Assembly: GCF_009914755.1 (NCBI RefSeq)
Contig: NC_060939.1
Origin: the human T2T-CHM13v2.0 reference genome, Homo sapiens
Strand: one strand, 5' to 3'
DNA length: 64,000 bases
The position numbers and the translations under genes are program-made. A model generated the notes under the pieces. It made no database searches, was not told where the DNA came from, and was given only the letters and a program-made list of their open reading frames with translations. This document shows, one piece after another, positions 16,310-27,300 of the stretch. Position 1 is the stretch's first letter. Every line of letters begins with the position of its first letter.

Positions 16310-18010
16310 CTAAAAGAGCTCTGCAGATGCAGACTTTAGGGGAACTAATGGGGGTATCTGACAATAACCCAATCAATCCTTTTCATTCTGAGGGTGTGGG
16401 GCCCTTGCCAGGGTGACCGTGGGCATATCTGGAGGCCCCGGGGCCCATGCAGGAGACCAAGCTAAGGCTTCCTTAGTGAGCTTGCCCGGCTCTGCTCCTT
16501 GGCTGCAAAAGTCTAAATGTCTTTCAGTGAATTAACAGTTCATTTGGGGATGAAGAAAATTGAACCTCAGCGCCCCCAAAATTTTGAGGGCTTTGTGAAA
16601 ATGGGAATTCATGGGAGTCTGCTGGTGGCCAGGCCTGAAGGGGAGGACAGCAGTCTGCGCAGGCCGCGGGGCGAGGGTGGGCCGCTCCATCCTGACACCC
16701 TCGGTTCTTTCCACAGAGCACCCACGGAAGTTTCTCAACACTTCTCGTTGATTCAAGTGGAAGTGAGTAAATTCCCTGACATCCCTACCGCTTCTCTGCC
16801 TCTAGGGTAGTAAAAACAAAAACACAGCTCGTAAGACAGGGTGGAGAAGGCAGAGAGGCTTCTTTCTGATTTAAGCTAACTCTACGGTTGTGACATGTAA
16901 CAAAACAAAACACAGAAACACAGCACCAATAAATCAAGAAACACAGGGAGATGATCCCATGGAAGTCCAAGTGAGACCTTCTGTCTGAAATCAGGGAGGA
17001 GGTGTTATTTACGGTAAAGTCCTAGAACATAAGCACCCATGAAATGCCCACCAAGTTGGTGAGCAAAACAGGCCTCCTGGCATCTAGGGTCCCTGCCCGG
17101 CCTCCTTGCAGGTAGGGTGCTACCATCCTCTGTGCTCTCAACGAGGCCACTCTGCTTGTCTGCTGCCAGGCGTAAGGGGGCTGCAGGAGGGAAGGACCTT
17201 CATCATGCATCATCCTTGCCCCACCAAGAAGATGGGTCAATGATGACAGGCGTGATGATAATGGGTACCACAAAGTCTGGGGCTACAGGAAGGCTCGGCG
17301 GGTGTGCAGCAGTGCCAGCCAGATGGCGTTCCTCCCCTGGTCCCGGCATATCAGGCTGCTCCGTGCCAGGATAGAGCAGTCAGGCCTTGCTCTACAGATC
17401 CTAGGCCTGTGTCCTCAGAGGTCCCAAATGTCGTCTTACCTTCAGATAAATGGCCACGGTCGGTAGAAAGCCACTGGGATGTGGTACAGCATCTCTAAGG
17501 TACAAAGCTTTAGGAAGTGCGGGCCAGAGTGGATGCTCGCGGAAGGCGGGGCAGGTGCCCATCCGCCCCAGTGAAGCTGGCCCAAGCTTACCTTTGCCTT
17601 AGGAAGCAACCCCATCACCGCAATTACCGTTTCTTATGTCACAGCACCTTGAAGAGAGGCCCTTCTGTTTCCCTACACGGTGGACAGCAGAGCTCTGAAA
17701 ATTAGATGCTTCCCCAAACCCAGACTCTCTTGGAACATTCTTCCCATGCGGGTGGTATGAACTGCGTGGCACTGCTGTCCTCGCTGGCATATATAGATTT
17801 ACACTCCACGCACGAGACTTCCAAGGCAACACCTAGGATTTAGAGACTATGTTGTCAGAGACGGGCATGGAGGCAATGTCCTGGTTCTCATGTGGTCAAG
17901 AAGGTAGATGAAGAGAAACGTGGGCTAAGCAGCCCGGCCCTCCCCAGAGAAGCCACGGGCAGAGGCTCACCAACACCTGCCCCTCCCTCCAGGGTGTCGC
18001 CGGCTTTCAG

Positions 18011-18030
18011 AATAAAGCCTTTAGAATAAA
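18011..18030 (+). terminator. Doubled AATAAA, candidate poly(A) signal of an antisense transcript
   Basis: agAATAAAgcctttagAATAAAgcctttt followed by GU-rich tgtctcgttttggggatgttt. Confidence 0.5.
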
Positions 18031-18434
18031 GCCTTTTCTAGCATGTCTCGTTTTGGGGATGTTTCCTCCATGATATACCAAGCACTGGAAATTCAAATGT
18101 CAAAAGCGAGTCAAGACAGGAACACTAAATGATGTCTCTCTCTTGACGGTTGTCTGCCAGAGGTGCTTCCCTTCGAGGTACCTGAAATCCTAGAAATTGA
18201 AGTTACTTTGTGACTCATGCCTACTTTCTCCTCACTGTAGAAAGTGAGCCAGTGGCTGTTAACAATATATTAAGTACGGAAGCACTAATGGCAAACGCCA
18301 AGTCCACGCTCATGTTCTATGCAGTTGGATTCTTGTGGCAGCCGGGTGGGGGTGTGGCCACAAGGCTGGTAGGCTTGCGGGTGGGTGGCTTTCAGACCTG
18401 AGTCTGAGCTTTGAGCGACCCTTGGGACTGCGTG

Positions 18435-18595
18435 TCACGAGCTCGGCGGTGGCTGGCGCATCTTGTTTGCATAGAAGTCCCTGCAGGTCTGGCAGCAGCG
18501 CTGGTACCACCGCATGTCCTGGCAGAGGTTCTTTTCTCGGATGACCCGGCAATATACCGTCCACTGGTCTCGTGTGCATTTGTAGGTCAGAGCAG
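18435..18595 (-). CDS. ADAMTS17: ADAMTS17 last coding exon (probably exon 22), PLAC domain and stop codon
   Basis: tatccccttag|CT GCT CTG ACC TAC...; phase 1 joins exon 21 to give [53 protein letters not shown]. Six-Cys PLAC pattern with CCxTC; TGA at 18435-18437. Confidence 0.97.
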
Positions 18596-19248
18596 CTAAG
18601 GGGATAGGAGAGAGAATACCCAGGGTCAGGGATGGCCTAGGCATGTCCTGATGCAGGCACAGGGAGGGCTTGTGGTCTGACCGTCTGGGCTCCCTCACCC
18701 TCGTGCACACGTCAACCCTTTGCACTGATTAGGCCATGCCTCCTGCCAGGGCACTGGGGGTGCCACTTTCTGTCACAGGGATGCACCTTTGCATCCAAAC
18801 CCAACCACATGACAGAGTGTGGTGGTCTGGCTGCCTCTTCAGGGAAGAGGGCACAGGCCACCTTGCTTCCGAGCTAAGTGGCACTTACTATTTTGTGGCC
18901 AAGGGTACCATTACTGTAGGCATTTATAAAACAGGACAACATGGAACAGTGGACATCAAAGGACCCCAAAAAGCATGAGGTCCAAGTACATACAAGTGGC
19001 CCAAATATCCTTCAGGGTCTTGATTGTACAGAGAGAAGGCCCTGCTCAAGGGAGGTCCTGAAGTTCCCAAGCAGGCCGGTGCTTGAAAAGCCACAACTAT
19101 ACTTCTGCCAGCTCAAAGGCCTCCCCCGGAACAAAGATGCTAGAAATCCCCTTCATTTTGGTGAGTTTCCAGCCTCAGGTAGGAAAATATTTCTCAGGGA
19201 CTTGTATTTAGCAAAGCAGAAACTCTGTTAAAAGGAATCATCATATCA

Positions 19249-19543
19249 TTGTTTTTTGTTGAGATGGAGTCTTACTCTGTTGCCCAGGCTGGAGTGCAGT
19301 GGCACGATCTCGGCTCACTACAACCTCTGCCTCCTGGGTTCAAGCGATTCTCCTGCCTCAGTCACCTGAGGCGTGGGGACTACAGGCATGCGCCACCACG
19401 CCCGGCTGATTTTTGTATTTTTAGTAGAGACGGGGTTTCACCATGTTGGTCAGGCTGGTCTCGAACTCCTGACTTCAGGTGATCCACCCATCTCGGCCTC
19501 CCAAAGTGCTGGGATTTACAGGCATGAGCCACCACACCCAGCC
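19249..19543 (-). mobile_element. Alu (S family) in the last intron
   Basis: Full Alu consensus. Confidence 0.93.
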
Positions 19544-20078
19544 AGATCTTTAAGTGCTCTTCTTCTCCTTGTATCACCACTGACCTGGGGCATGAACTGG
19601 TAAGAGGCCAGGTTCCGAGCACCCAGGGCCAAACCACTCACACAGTCTGCAGCCCCTCCAACCACGCCTGTCTGCTGCTCAAGCATCAGCCTGGGGTGTG
19701 CCCCATGTGTGCATCCTCATGGCATCATGAAGGATGCCCCTGGAGCTTTCATTTCTAGAAAGAAGCACTTCCCTTCACATTCCTCAAGCACAGGAAACCT
19801 ACAGTGTCTGTGTAACATTCTCCTGTGTTGGGCAAAGGGGTGAGGGAGACGCTCAGGTGCCTGTGTTGGAGACAGCAGTAAGCAAACACCACTTCCATAA
19901 CAAGGAATGGAATTCCATCTCTGAAACCTCTTCTACAGAACTGACAAATGTCAGCCTTATGTGACAAGTGAGGCCCAAGAAGGGGCTTTCTGGCTGAAAG
20001 AACCTCACCGTCAGGGAGGACTTACTGGGCAGGAGACACAGCAGCCCCCTGGGAACCGGGGCCAGTGAAGACACTCAC

Positions 20079-20256
20079 CAAGGCGGGGGGAGGTGATGGT
20101 GTTGGCGTTGATCCTGTCGTTGCAGACCTCCTGGTAGCACTGTCTGTAGGGGGCAGGCTTCGAGAGGGCGGGGCACTCGCTGCCGTGGCGCCCTGTGACC
20201 TTGTGCATGCACTGCACCACCCGGGACTGCAGGCCCTTCCCGCAGGTCGACGAGCA
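20079..20256 (-). CDS. ADAMTS17: ADAMTS17 penultimate coding exon (probably exon 21), last TSR
   Basis: tcctgtctctgcag|TGC TCG TCG ACC TGC...CGC CTT G|gtgagt; 178 nt, phase 0 to 1. Encodes [59 protein letters not shown]. Confidence 0.96.
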
Positions 20257-20478
20257 CTGCAGAGACAGGACAGCCTGAGTGGGGCTGACATGAGGTCAAG
20301 AGACTGGGATGATGGCCTCACAATGTGGCACTGCGGAGACAGGACAGCCTGAGTGGGGGCCTACACGAGGTCAGGGGGCTGGGATGATGGCCTCACAATG
20401 TGGCACTGCGGAGACAGGACAGCCTGAGTGGGGCCTACACGAGGTCAGGGGGCTGGGACGATGGCCTCACAATGTGGC
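20255..20478. repeat. Minisatellite, 3 copies of a 74-75 bp unit overlapping the exon-21 acceptor
   Basis: Unit cactgc(a/g)gagacaggacagcctgagtgggg...gatggcctcacaatgtgg starts at 20255, 20329 and 20404. Confidence 0.93.
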
Positions 20479-20570
20479 TGCCCCTGGGCTGGGCACTGTG
20501 TGTCATGCCCAGGCACTTGCAATCATTCAGGGCAAAAACAGCAGCTGCCTGATAGAAGACTGTTTCAAGA

Positions 20571-20893
20571 TGTTATGGAATACATGTTTGTGTCTCTGCA
20601 AAATGCAGATGTTGGAGCCGTGGAGGTGGGTGGCTTTGGGAGGTGAGTAGGGTTAGATGTCATGAGGGTGGAGCCTCCATGCTGGGAATAGTGTGAGAAG
20701 GGAAAGAGACCCGAGCTTGCTGGCTCTCCACCGTGAGAGGATACGGTGGTCTGTAAATCGGGGAGGGTCTTCACCAGGCACTGGATTTGTTAGCACTTTG
20801 ATTCTGATCCTCCACCTCCAGAACTGTAAGGAATAAATATTTAAGCCACCAGGCTTCGGTACTTGGTGACAGCAGCCAGGGGAGACTAAGATG
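20571..20893 (+). mobile_element. MaLR solo LTR (MLT1A-like)
   Basis: tgttatggaatacatgtttgtgtc...gagggtggagcctccatg...cctccagaactgtaag...tttaagccacc...gactaaga. Confidence 0.7.
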
Positions 20894-21380
20894 TTAAGAC
20901 AACAGCTGAAATATTAACTCATGCTAGCTGCATTCCACCGCTCGCCTCTGCTCCAGGCTCTGACGTTTTTGAGATGGTGAGCAGCATGGCTTGGTGGCCC
21001 CCAGGAAGGACCGGGCCTGATGACCACAGAGGTCTCCCCAGCACTGTCTGCTGCCTGAGGCTCCGGGGCCTTTGCCCAGTCTTGGGCATGGAGAAGAGCC
21101 CAGTAATGACTGGGGTTGAATTTCCCACAAGCCTGGAGGATTGGGGCTTAGAATTAAGTAGAAGAAAACAAAGTACAACCTTTCTTGCATACCAGAGTCA
21201 CGCACTAACATGTGGCTGACGGTGTTGATTTCGACATCCCTGGCTGCTGGCATCTCCAGCCCCAGCATGAGGAGGTGCCGTGTTTGCTAAAACCTGGTCA
21301 ACATAGTTGAGCAGAGGCCCCCAAATTCCCAAGGAGTGGACCCGGTTAAGACTTCGTGGTTCTGTTCTCCGTCCCTCCTC

Positions 21381-21383
<3 letters not shown>

Positions 21384-21446
<63 letters not shown>

Positions 21447-21730
21447 AGATGGAGTCTCGCTTTATCACCCAGGCTGGAGTGCAGTGGCGCAATCTCGGCT
21501 CACTGTGCAACCTCCACCTCCCTGGTTGAAGTGATTCCCCTGCCTCAGCCTTCTGAGTAGCTGGGATTATAGGCACCTGCCACCACACCTGGCTAATTTT
21601 TTTGTATTTTTAGTAGAGACAGGGCTTCATCATATTGGCCAGACTGGTCTTGAACTCCTGACCTCAGGCAATCTGCCCGCCTTGGCCTCCCAAAGTGCTG
21701 GGATTACAGGAGTGAGCCACCGTGCCTGGT
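21384..21730 (-). mobile_element. Alu with (TA)n-poly(T) microsatellite tail
   Basis: (AT)n run followed by a long T run and the Alu body. Confidence 0.93.
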
Positions 21731-23124
21731 GTCTCTTCACACTCCTTAAAGCATTTCCCAGGTAGGAACTGGCCAGGTATCTGAGTCCTCTACTCAGATT
21801 CTGCTCTTGAGCTTTTCGGCCCCTGCTTTCTCCCAGGAGCCCTTGGAATGGTCTCTTCTCCCTTACATTGGCCTCTTCCCAGGAAGACAGCCAGGTCCAT
21901 GAGTATACTTTGGTGTCCACCAGAGCCCACACAACCCCTGATTTACAGGGTTCTGAGAGCAGTCAGCAAAACCGGTACAGCAGCCGAGCTGGAGCTAGGA
22001 ATGGCACCTGGGGTGGAGAGAGGGGAGCAGGGCGTGGAGGGTTTGGGCGCAGCCTTGTTCTCTGAATGCCACACGTGGTGAGGGAGGCAGGTGCCCCGCA
22101 GATCCTGTGCTTCCCGTGTCCTCACTCTTGGTCCTGACCCTGGCCTTGCTGGAGAAAGGACCTTCCTGGGGGTCATGCGGAGTCTCCAGACACAGGCTGC
22201 GTGGGAGGCGGTGGTGTCCCATCTGTGCCTGGGAGGGCTGTCTGCTCCCAGGGGGGCTTCTGCAAGCCAGGTGGATTCCTCAGCTTCCTTGCCTGACAAG
22301 CAGGTTCAGGTTTTGTGTGTCTTTTTTCACTTTAGAGTGATAAACATTCAGAGGGAATGTTGCTCTAAAGGGGCACTGGTTTTTTCAGCTCACAAAGGAG
22401 GTGTGAAAACTATAAGCAGCTCCCTAGTGGGCCCCCGGCACGTTCAAACTGGAACCCGGGCTCTGACCCGAGAGGCCAGGCCAACCCTAGGGCCTCCCCA
22501 CTTCATGCCTTGTTCCTTTTCTTAGATAAACCCTTCGGAGGCAGCTCATGGCCTTTCAAATTCATGCATTACACATGCAGATTTCAGGGCTCCATCCCAG
22601 ACCTCAGGAGTCGGCATCAGGCGCATGGAAGTTTGAGGAGTGCTGAGGTTGAGGGATGAAGTCACACAAGGAAGTTCCCGCCTTGAACACAAGACAGGTG
22701 CTACAGCAACGCGACTCCCGCCCTGCTGGTGTTGGGGGCACCTTGGAGGAAGCTGGCTGCACACTGGGATCTACTGCATGCAGCTACCTGGTGAGCTTTG
22801 AAAAATCCCACACCAATACAATCCGATGGTGGAGGGGGTCCCAAGACCCAGAGCTCAGTGTTTATAAAGCTCTCCAAGTGCTTGCAGTGGGCATTCAGAA
22901 CCGAGGGCCTCCGACTTAACCTGAACCTCCTCTCAGGTCCCTGTGGAGAATGCAAAGAGCTCTCTTTTCTTCCTGTTAAGGAGTAGTTGTGTCTCTGCAC
23001 ACACAAATATGTATAATTAAGCAAGAACAACATCCAGGCGCAGCCCTGACTGCAGTCTATAGCCAGATGACAGGTGTGCCTAAAGGTAAGGGAGCAAAGG
23101 CTTTCAGTCAAAATTCTTTTTAGA

Positions 23125-23539
<415 letters not shown>

Positions 23540-23718
23540 CTAAACGCAGAGCGAAGTCACGCCAATCCCCTGCAAAACCACGCGAGTGGTCCACTGGGAG
23601 CGGGACAGACTGAAAAAGGGCAGCATTTGAGTGAAGTCAGATACGACCACGTGCCCTCTGGCAAACCGACAGGCGACTCAAAGTGGAGCTGGTGACGATG
23701 AGACCAACACTACAATCA

Positions 23719-23792
23719 CCAGGTTGCACCACACAAAACTGCTTCTATTCAACTGTTTTGACCTCAAAGCATCCATTTCATAAGGCTCCATT
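23719..23792. mobile_element. MADE2-like mariner MITE, degenerate
   Basis: aggttgcaccacacaaaactgc...tgttttgacct...atttcataaggctcca matches the recalled ~80 bp MADE2 layout with decayed terminal inverted repeats. Confidence 0.5.
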
Positions 23793-24055
23793 TTATAACA
23801 TACCAAGGAAAATAGCAACATTTCTAAATTTGAATGTTTATAATGCATAACTTTAAATATGAATGTATAACTACATCAATAAGTTACTTAATGGCAGGCA
23901 TTTGATGAGTCCACTTACATCACTAGAGACTTTTATATCTAAATGTGTTATGTAATTCAAAAGAAACCCTGCTTCCTGGGAAAACGGGATTACCATATAA
24001 TCAGGGTTAATTTCTGTGACTATTTGGCACGTATGAGGCCCACTTAAGAACAGAG

Positions 24056-24358
24056 GGCTGGGTGCGGTGGCTCACACCTGTAACCCCAGCATTTTGGGAG
24101 GCTGCAGTGGGCAGGTCACCTGAGGCCAGAAGTTCGAGACCAGCCTGGCCCACATGGCAAAACGCTGTCTCTACTAAAAATATAAAAATTAGCTGGGCAT
24201 GGTGGTGAGCACCTGTAATCCCAGCTACTTGGGAGGCTGAGACAGGAGAATCACTTCAACCCAGGAGGCAGAGGTTGCAGTTAGCTGAGATTGCACCACT
24301 GCACTCCAGCTTGGGTGATAGAGCAAGACTCTGTTTCAAAAAAGTAAAAACTAAAAAC
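24056..24358 (+). mobile_element. Alu (S family)
   Basis: Full Alu consensus; aacagag flanks. Confidence 0.92.
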
Positions 24359-27300
24359 AGAGAGATACACCTGCTGCCTGCCGACCTGCAGGCAACACCA
24401 ACATCCCTTTTCTCTTCAGATCTTTTCTCGGGCCATTGGCCACAGTGCCGCCTCTACTGCAAAACATGTACCCAGGAGGGAAAGGCAGGCAGCCTCCTAT
24501 TCCTTTCTGGAGAGAGGAGCATGGGGCAGGGGGCTGTTGGATTTCTGGGGAGGAAACTGCACAGATGGATGGAGGAACCCGCCTCACTCCCCTGCATCTC
24601 CTGAAGAGGTGTCCGTGCCCTGCCAGCTGGGGAGTCAGTCCCACTGAATCACTGCTGTTAAGGGGCTCAGCCCTGCAGGAGTGCCAGGAAGGGCTTCCGT
24701 TTCTTCTGCGAGTGTTGCTGATATGTATGTGAAAATCACACAAGGGCAAGGGCTTCACCCTGTGCGTCTATTAAAACCAAGTGCAGCATTGGCAAGGTTT
24801 CTGCCTGGAAATGATCAATGACCATCGTAAAACTCAGGCATTTGAGGTGACCTTGCAGACGTGTCCCCTCTGAAAGGTCTTAGTCTTGTGCAGCCTGCTC
24901 TGGGGCCGAGGGGAAAAGGCTGACATGTGGCACGTCTCCAGCATATGCAGATGGTATGCCTGCTCTTCCCAGTGGACCCCTCGTAGGCCTCCACGGCAGC
25001 ACGGAACGTTCCACAACAATCCTCAGGGCTGATGCCGGCCACTGAGGTTGGCACGGGTCCACGTCTTGCTCAAAGTTGCAGAGGTAGGAGTGGCGAGTGG
25101 TCCAGGGACCCCATCTCATGGAATGAATTCCACCCTCCTATGTGAATAAGAGGTTGTACTGAATGGAGCTTTAATCGGAAGCGGGAATCAAAGAACCAGG
25201 TCACTGCCCATCTCCACCATTTACTCATTATCTTTCCTAGCATGGGTCACTGGCTTTTAATTTTCCAGTCTATAAATAGAACTGCTCCATGAGATCATGG
25301 AAGGGTGTCTCCAAAGTCCTTCAACAGGGACAGGTGTCTGTTCTCACTGTTCACTAGTGCCCCCATGAGGCAGGGCCAGGTGTGAGGCAGTTCTGAGGGC
25401 AGGTGGTCCCAAGGGCTCTGCCCCTTGTAGGCATTTTACTCTCATCAGAATTAGGGTTTGCTTAATTCTAGCTGGAGTCCTAGTGGGCACTGTTCACACA
25501 GCTGTGGGCTATGAGTGGCTCTGACTCACCTGGGAGAATTTTTGAGAATTTTGGGGTGTTTGCTTAACTGCCTGGAGCTGTGTCTGGGCCAGCCCCCTAG
25601 AGGATGCTTCCATGTGTTAGGTGAGAAGACAAGTTACAAAGTGGCATGTACAGAAACCACCCCGTTTTTGTTTAATATAGATGTGTGTATACCTATGTAA
25701 CAGTTTGGAAGACAAACCGTTATAAAAATTTACCATGTCATCATATGGTTTCTGGGACTAATTTTCCTTTTAGTGTGTTCTATAGTAAGAGCTACTTATA
25801 TAATTAAAAATAAAACTGGAGAATTCTGCCAATGAGTCTGGTGTAACCTGCTGGTGGCCCACCATCCTAACCAGCTGCATTTTCATTTGAGCTGAGGTGC
25901 TGCCAGGCCTGCCCTGGCCTAAAATCCACAGGTAATATACTCTCCTAAAGCAGAGTTTTGATGGAGAGGCCATGCAGTGCGGGGTGTCAGGCGGCAGGGG
26001 GAAGGGGTGCCTGTTGGCATGCTACGTCCCCACTTACTAGCTGTGTGACCTCAGGCAAATGACTTAACCTCTCTGAGCCTCAGTTTATTTGCAGCATGAG
26101 GATAACAAACTCTTGTTTGTAGAATTGTTTCCTGCAGTAGAGGCAGTGTGGAATAGGAGCCTAGCCGGGGGTCTCAGATAGAGTGGAGCTCCACAAATCC
26201 TGCTGTTATTATTCTCAACAGTGAATGCACGGCCAAGCGCCACAGCGAGCTGGGCAGGGAGCTCCTGCAGCCCAGCAAGGCACACTGCGTCACCTGGCCC
26301 ACTCCCTTAGCACTCCTTGGGCTGCCCTTCGGTCACCAGGCCCTCCACAGGCAGGTGCACACAGCCCTGTCTGCCTGGCTCCCTGAGTTGATCAGGCAGC
26401 CAGACCTCAGGGAGCACAATTAGAGGCTGTTTTGGCCCTGAAGACAAACATGATTCCAGACAGGTCTGAAGGGGCTGCTGTTGAACGACACCCTCGTAAC
26501 CTGAGCTGGGCCATGGTGGGCGCACGGGGTGAATTCCTTCTCTGTCGGCCTCCCCTAAGGCTTCAACGTTAATTGAACAGTGAGGAGACTGTAGTGTCTC
26601 CTGATAGCATCGAATTTGCCCCAAGCATTGCTGTGAAGCCATTTTTCAGGCTTTAATCATCCAAGCAAACAGATCTATAAAAAACATATCTGGTCTTGTT
26701 TGGTCCTTTTGTCAAGGGGCTCATCACATCCAATTTCATGTGGCTTCCCAAGATGCAGGTAACTGAGAGAAATGGGGGCAGCAATAAATTTAGCTGAAAA
26801 GCTCCTTGCCGGGAAACCTGAAGTGAGTGGAGCCCCCTCCCCAGCAGGTGCCCACAGCTGTGCGTCGGAGCTGGCTGCCCGGTGGAGAGGCAGCCTCTGC
26901 ATCTGTCCACCACCCTTCCCAGGCAGGGAGGGGGTGTCACTGGAAAAAACAGGAACAAAATTGTTGATGCACAAAGGGCAAAAAGAGGTTCAATTTGGAT
27001 TTACTCATGTGCTTTTTTTGTGTGCAAATTATTTCATGAAGTTACTGTGTAAAAGAGATTTTCCTTTAGGTAGAGTTTCCGGCAAAAAGAGAAAAGGTGT
27101 TAGGTTCCCCAGACCAGCGTGATACTGAGACATTGTGCAAGCGTTACTAGCTTCTTTAATAATAACAGTAACGGCAGTCACCGTCGCAGCAGGGCCCACC
27201 ACCTGCCTGTCTGCTGTGTACGGGGGACCGGGCTTACGTACGAGCTTGTTAATCCTCACACTGACAGCTGCCGTGGCCAGAGCTCAGAACACAGTAGGTG

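Noticed and set aside
20255-20478. Regularly spaced repeats as a possible CRISPR array
   Set aside because: Whole units repeat with no unique spacers, and the DNA is eukaryotic.
24213-24330. Possible Alu exonisation (minus: ttttttgaaacag acceptor, CAG|GTGCTC donor; 118 nt)
   Set aside because: The donor is weak at +4 to +6 and this configuration is common in antisense Alus; no supporting evidence.
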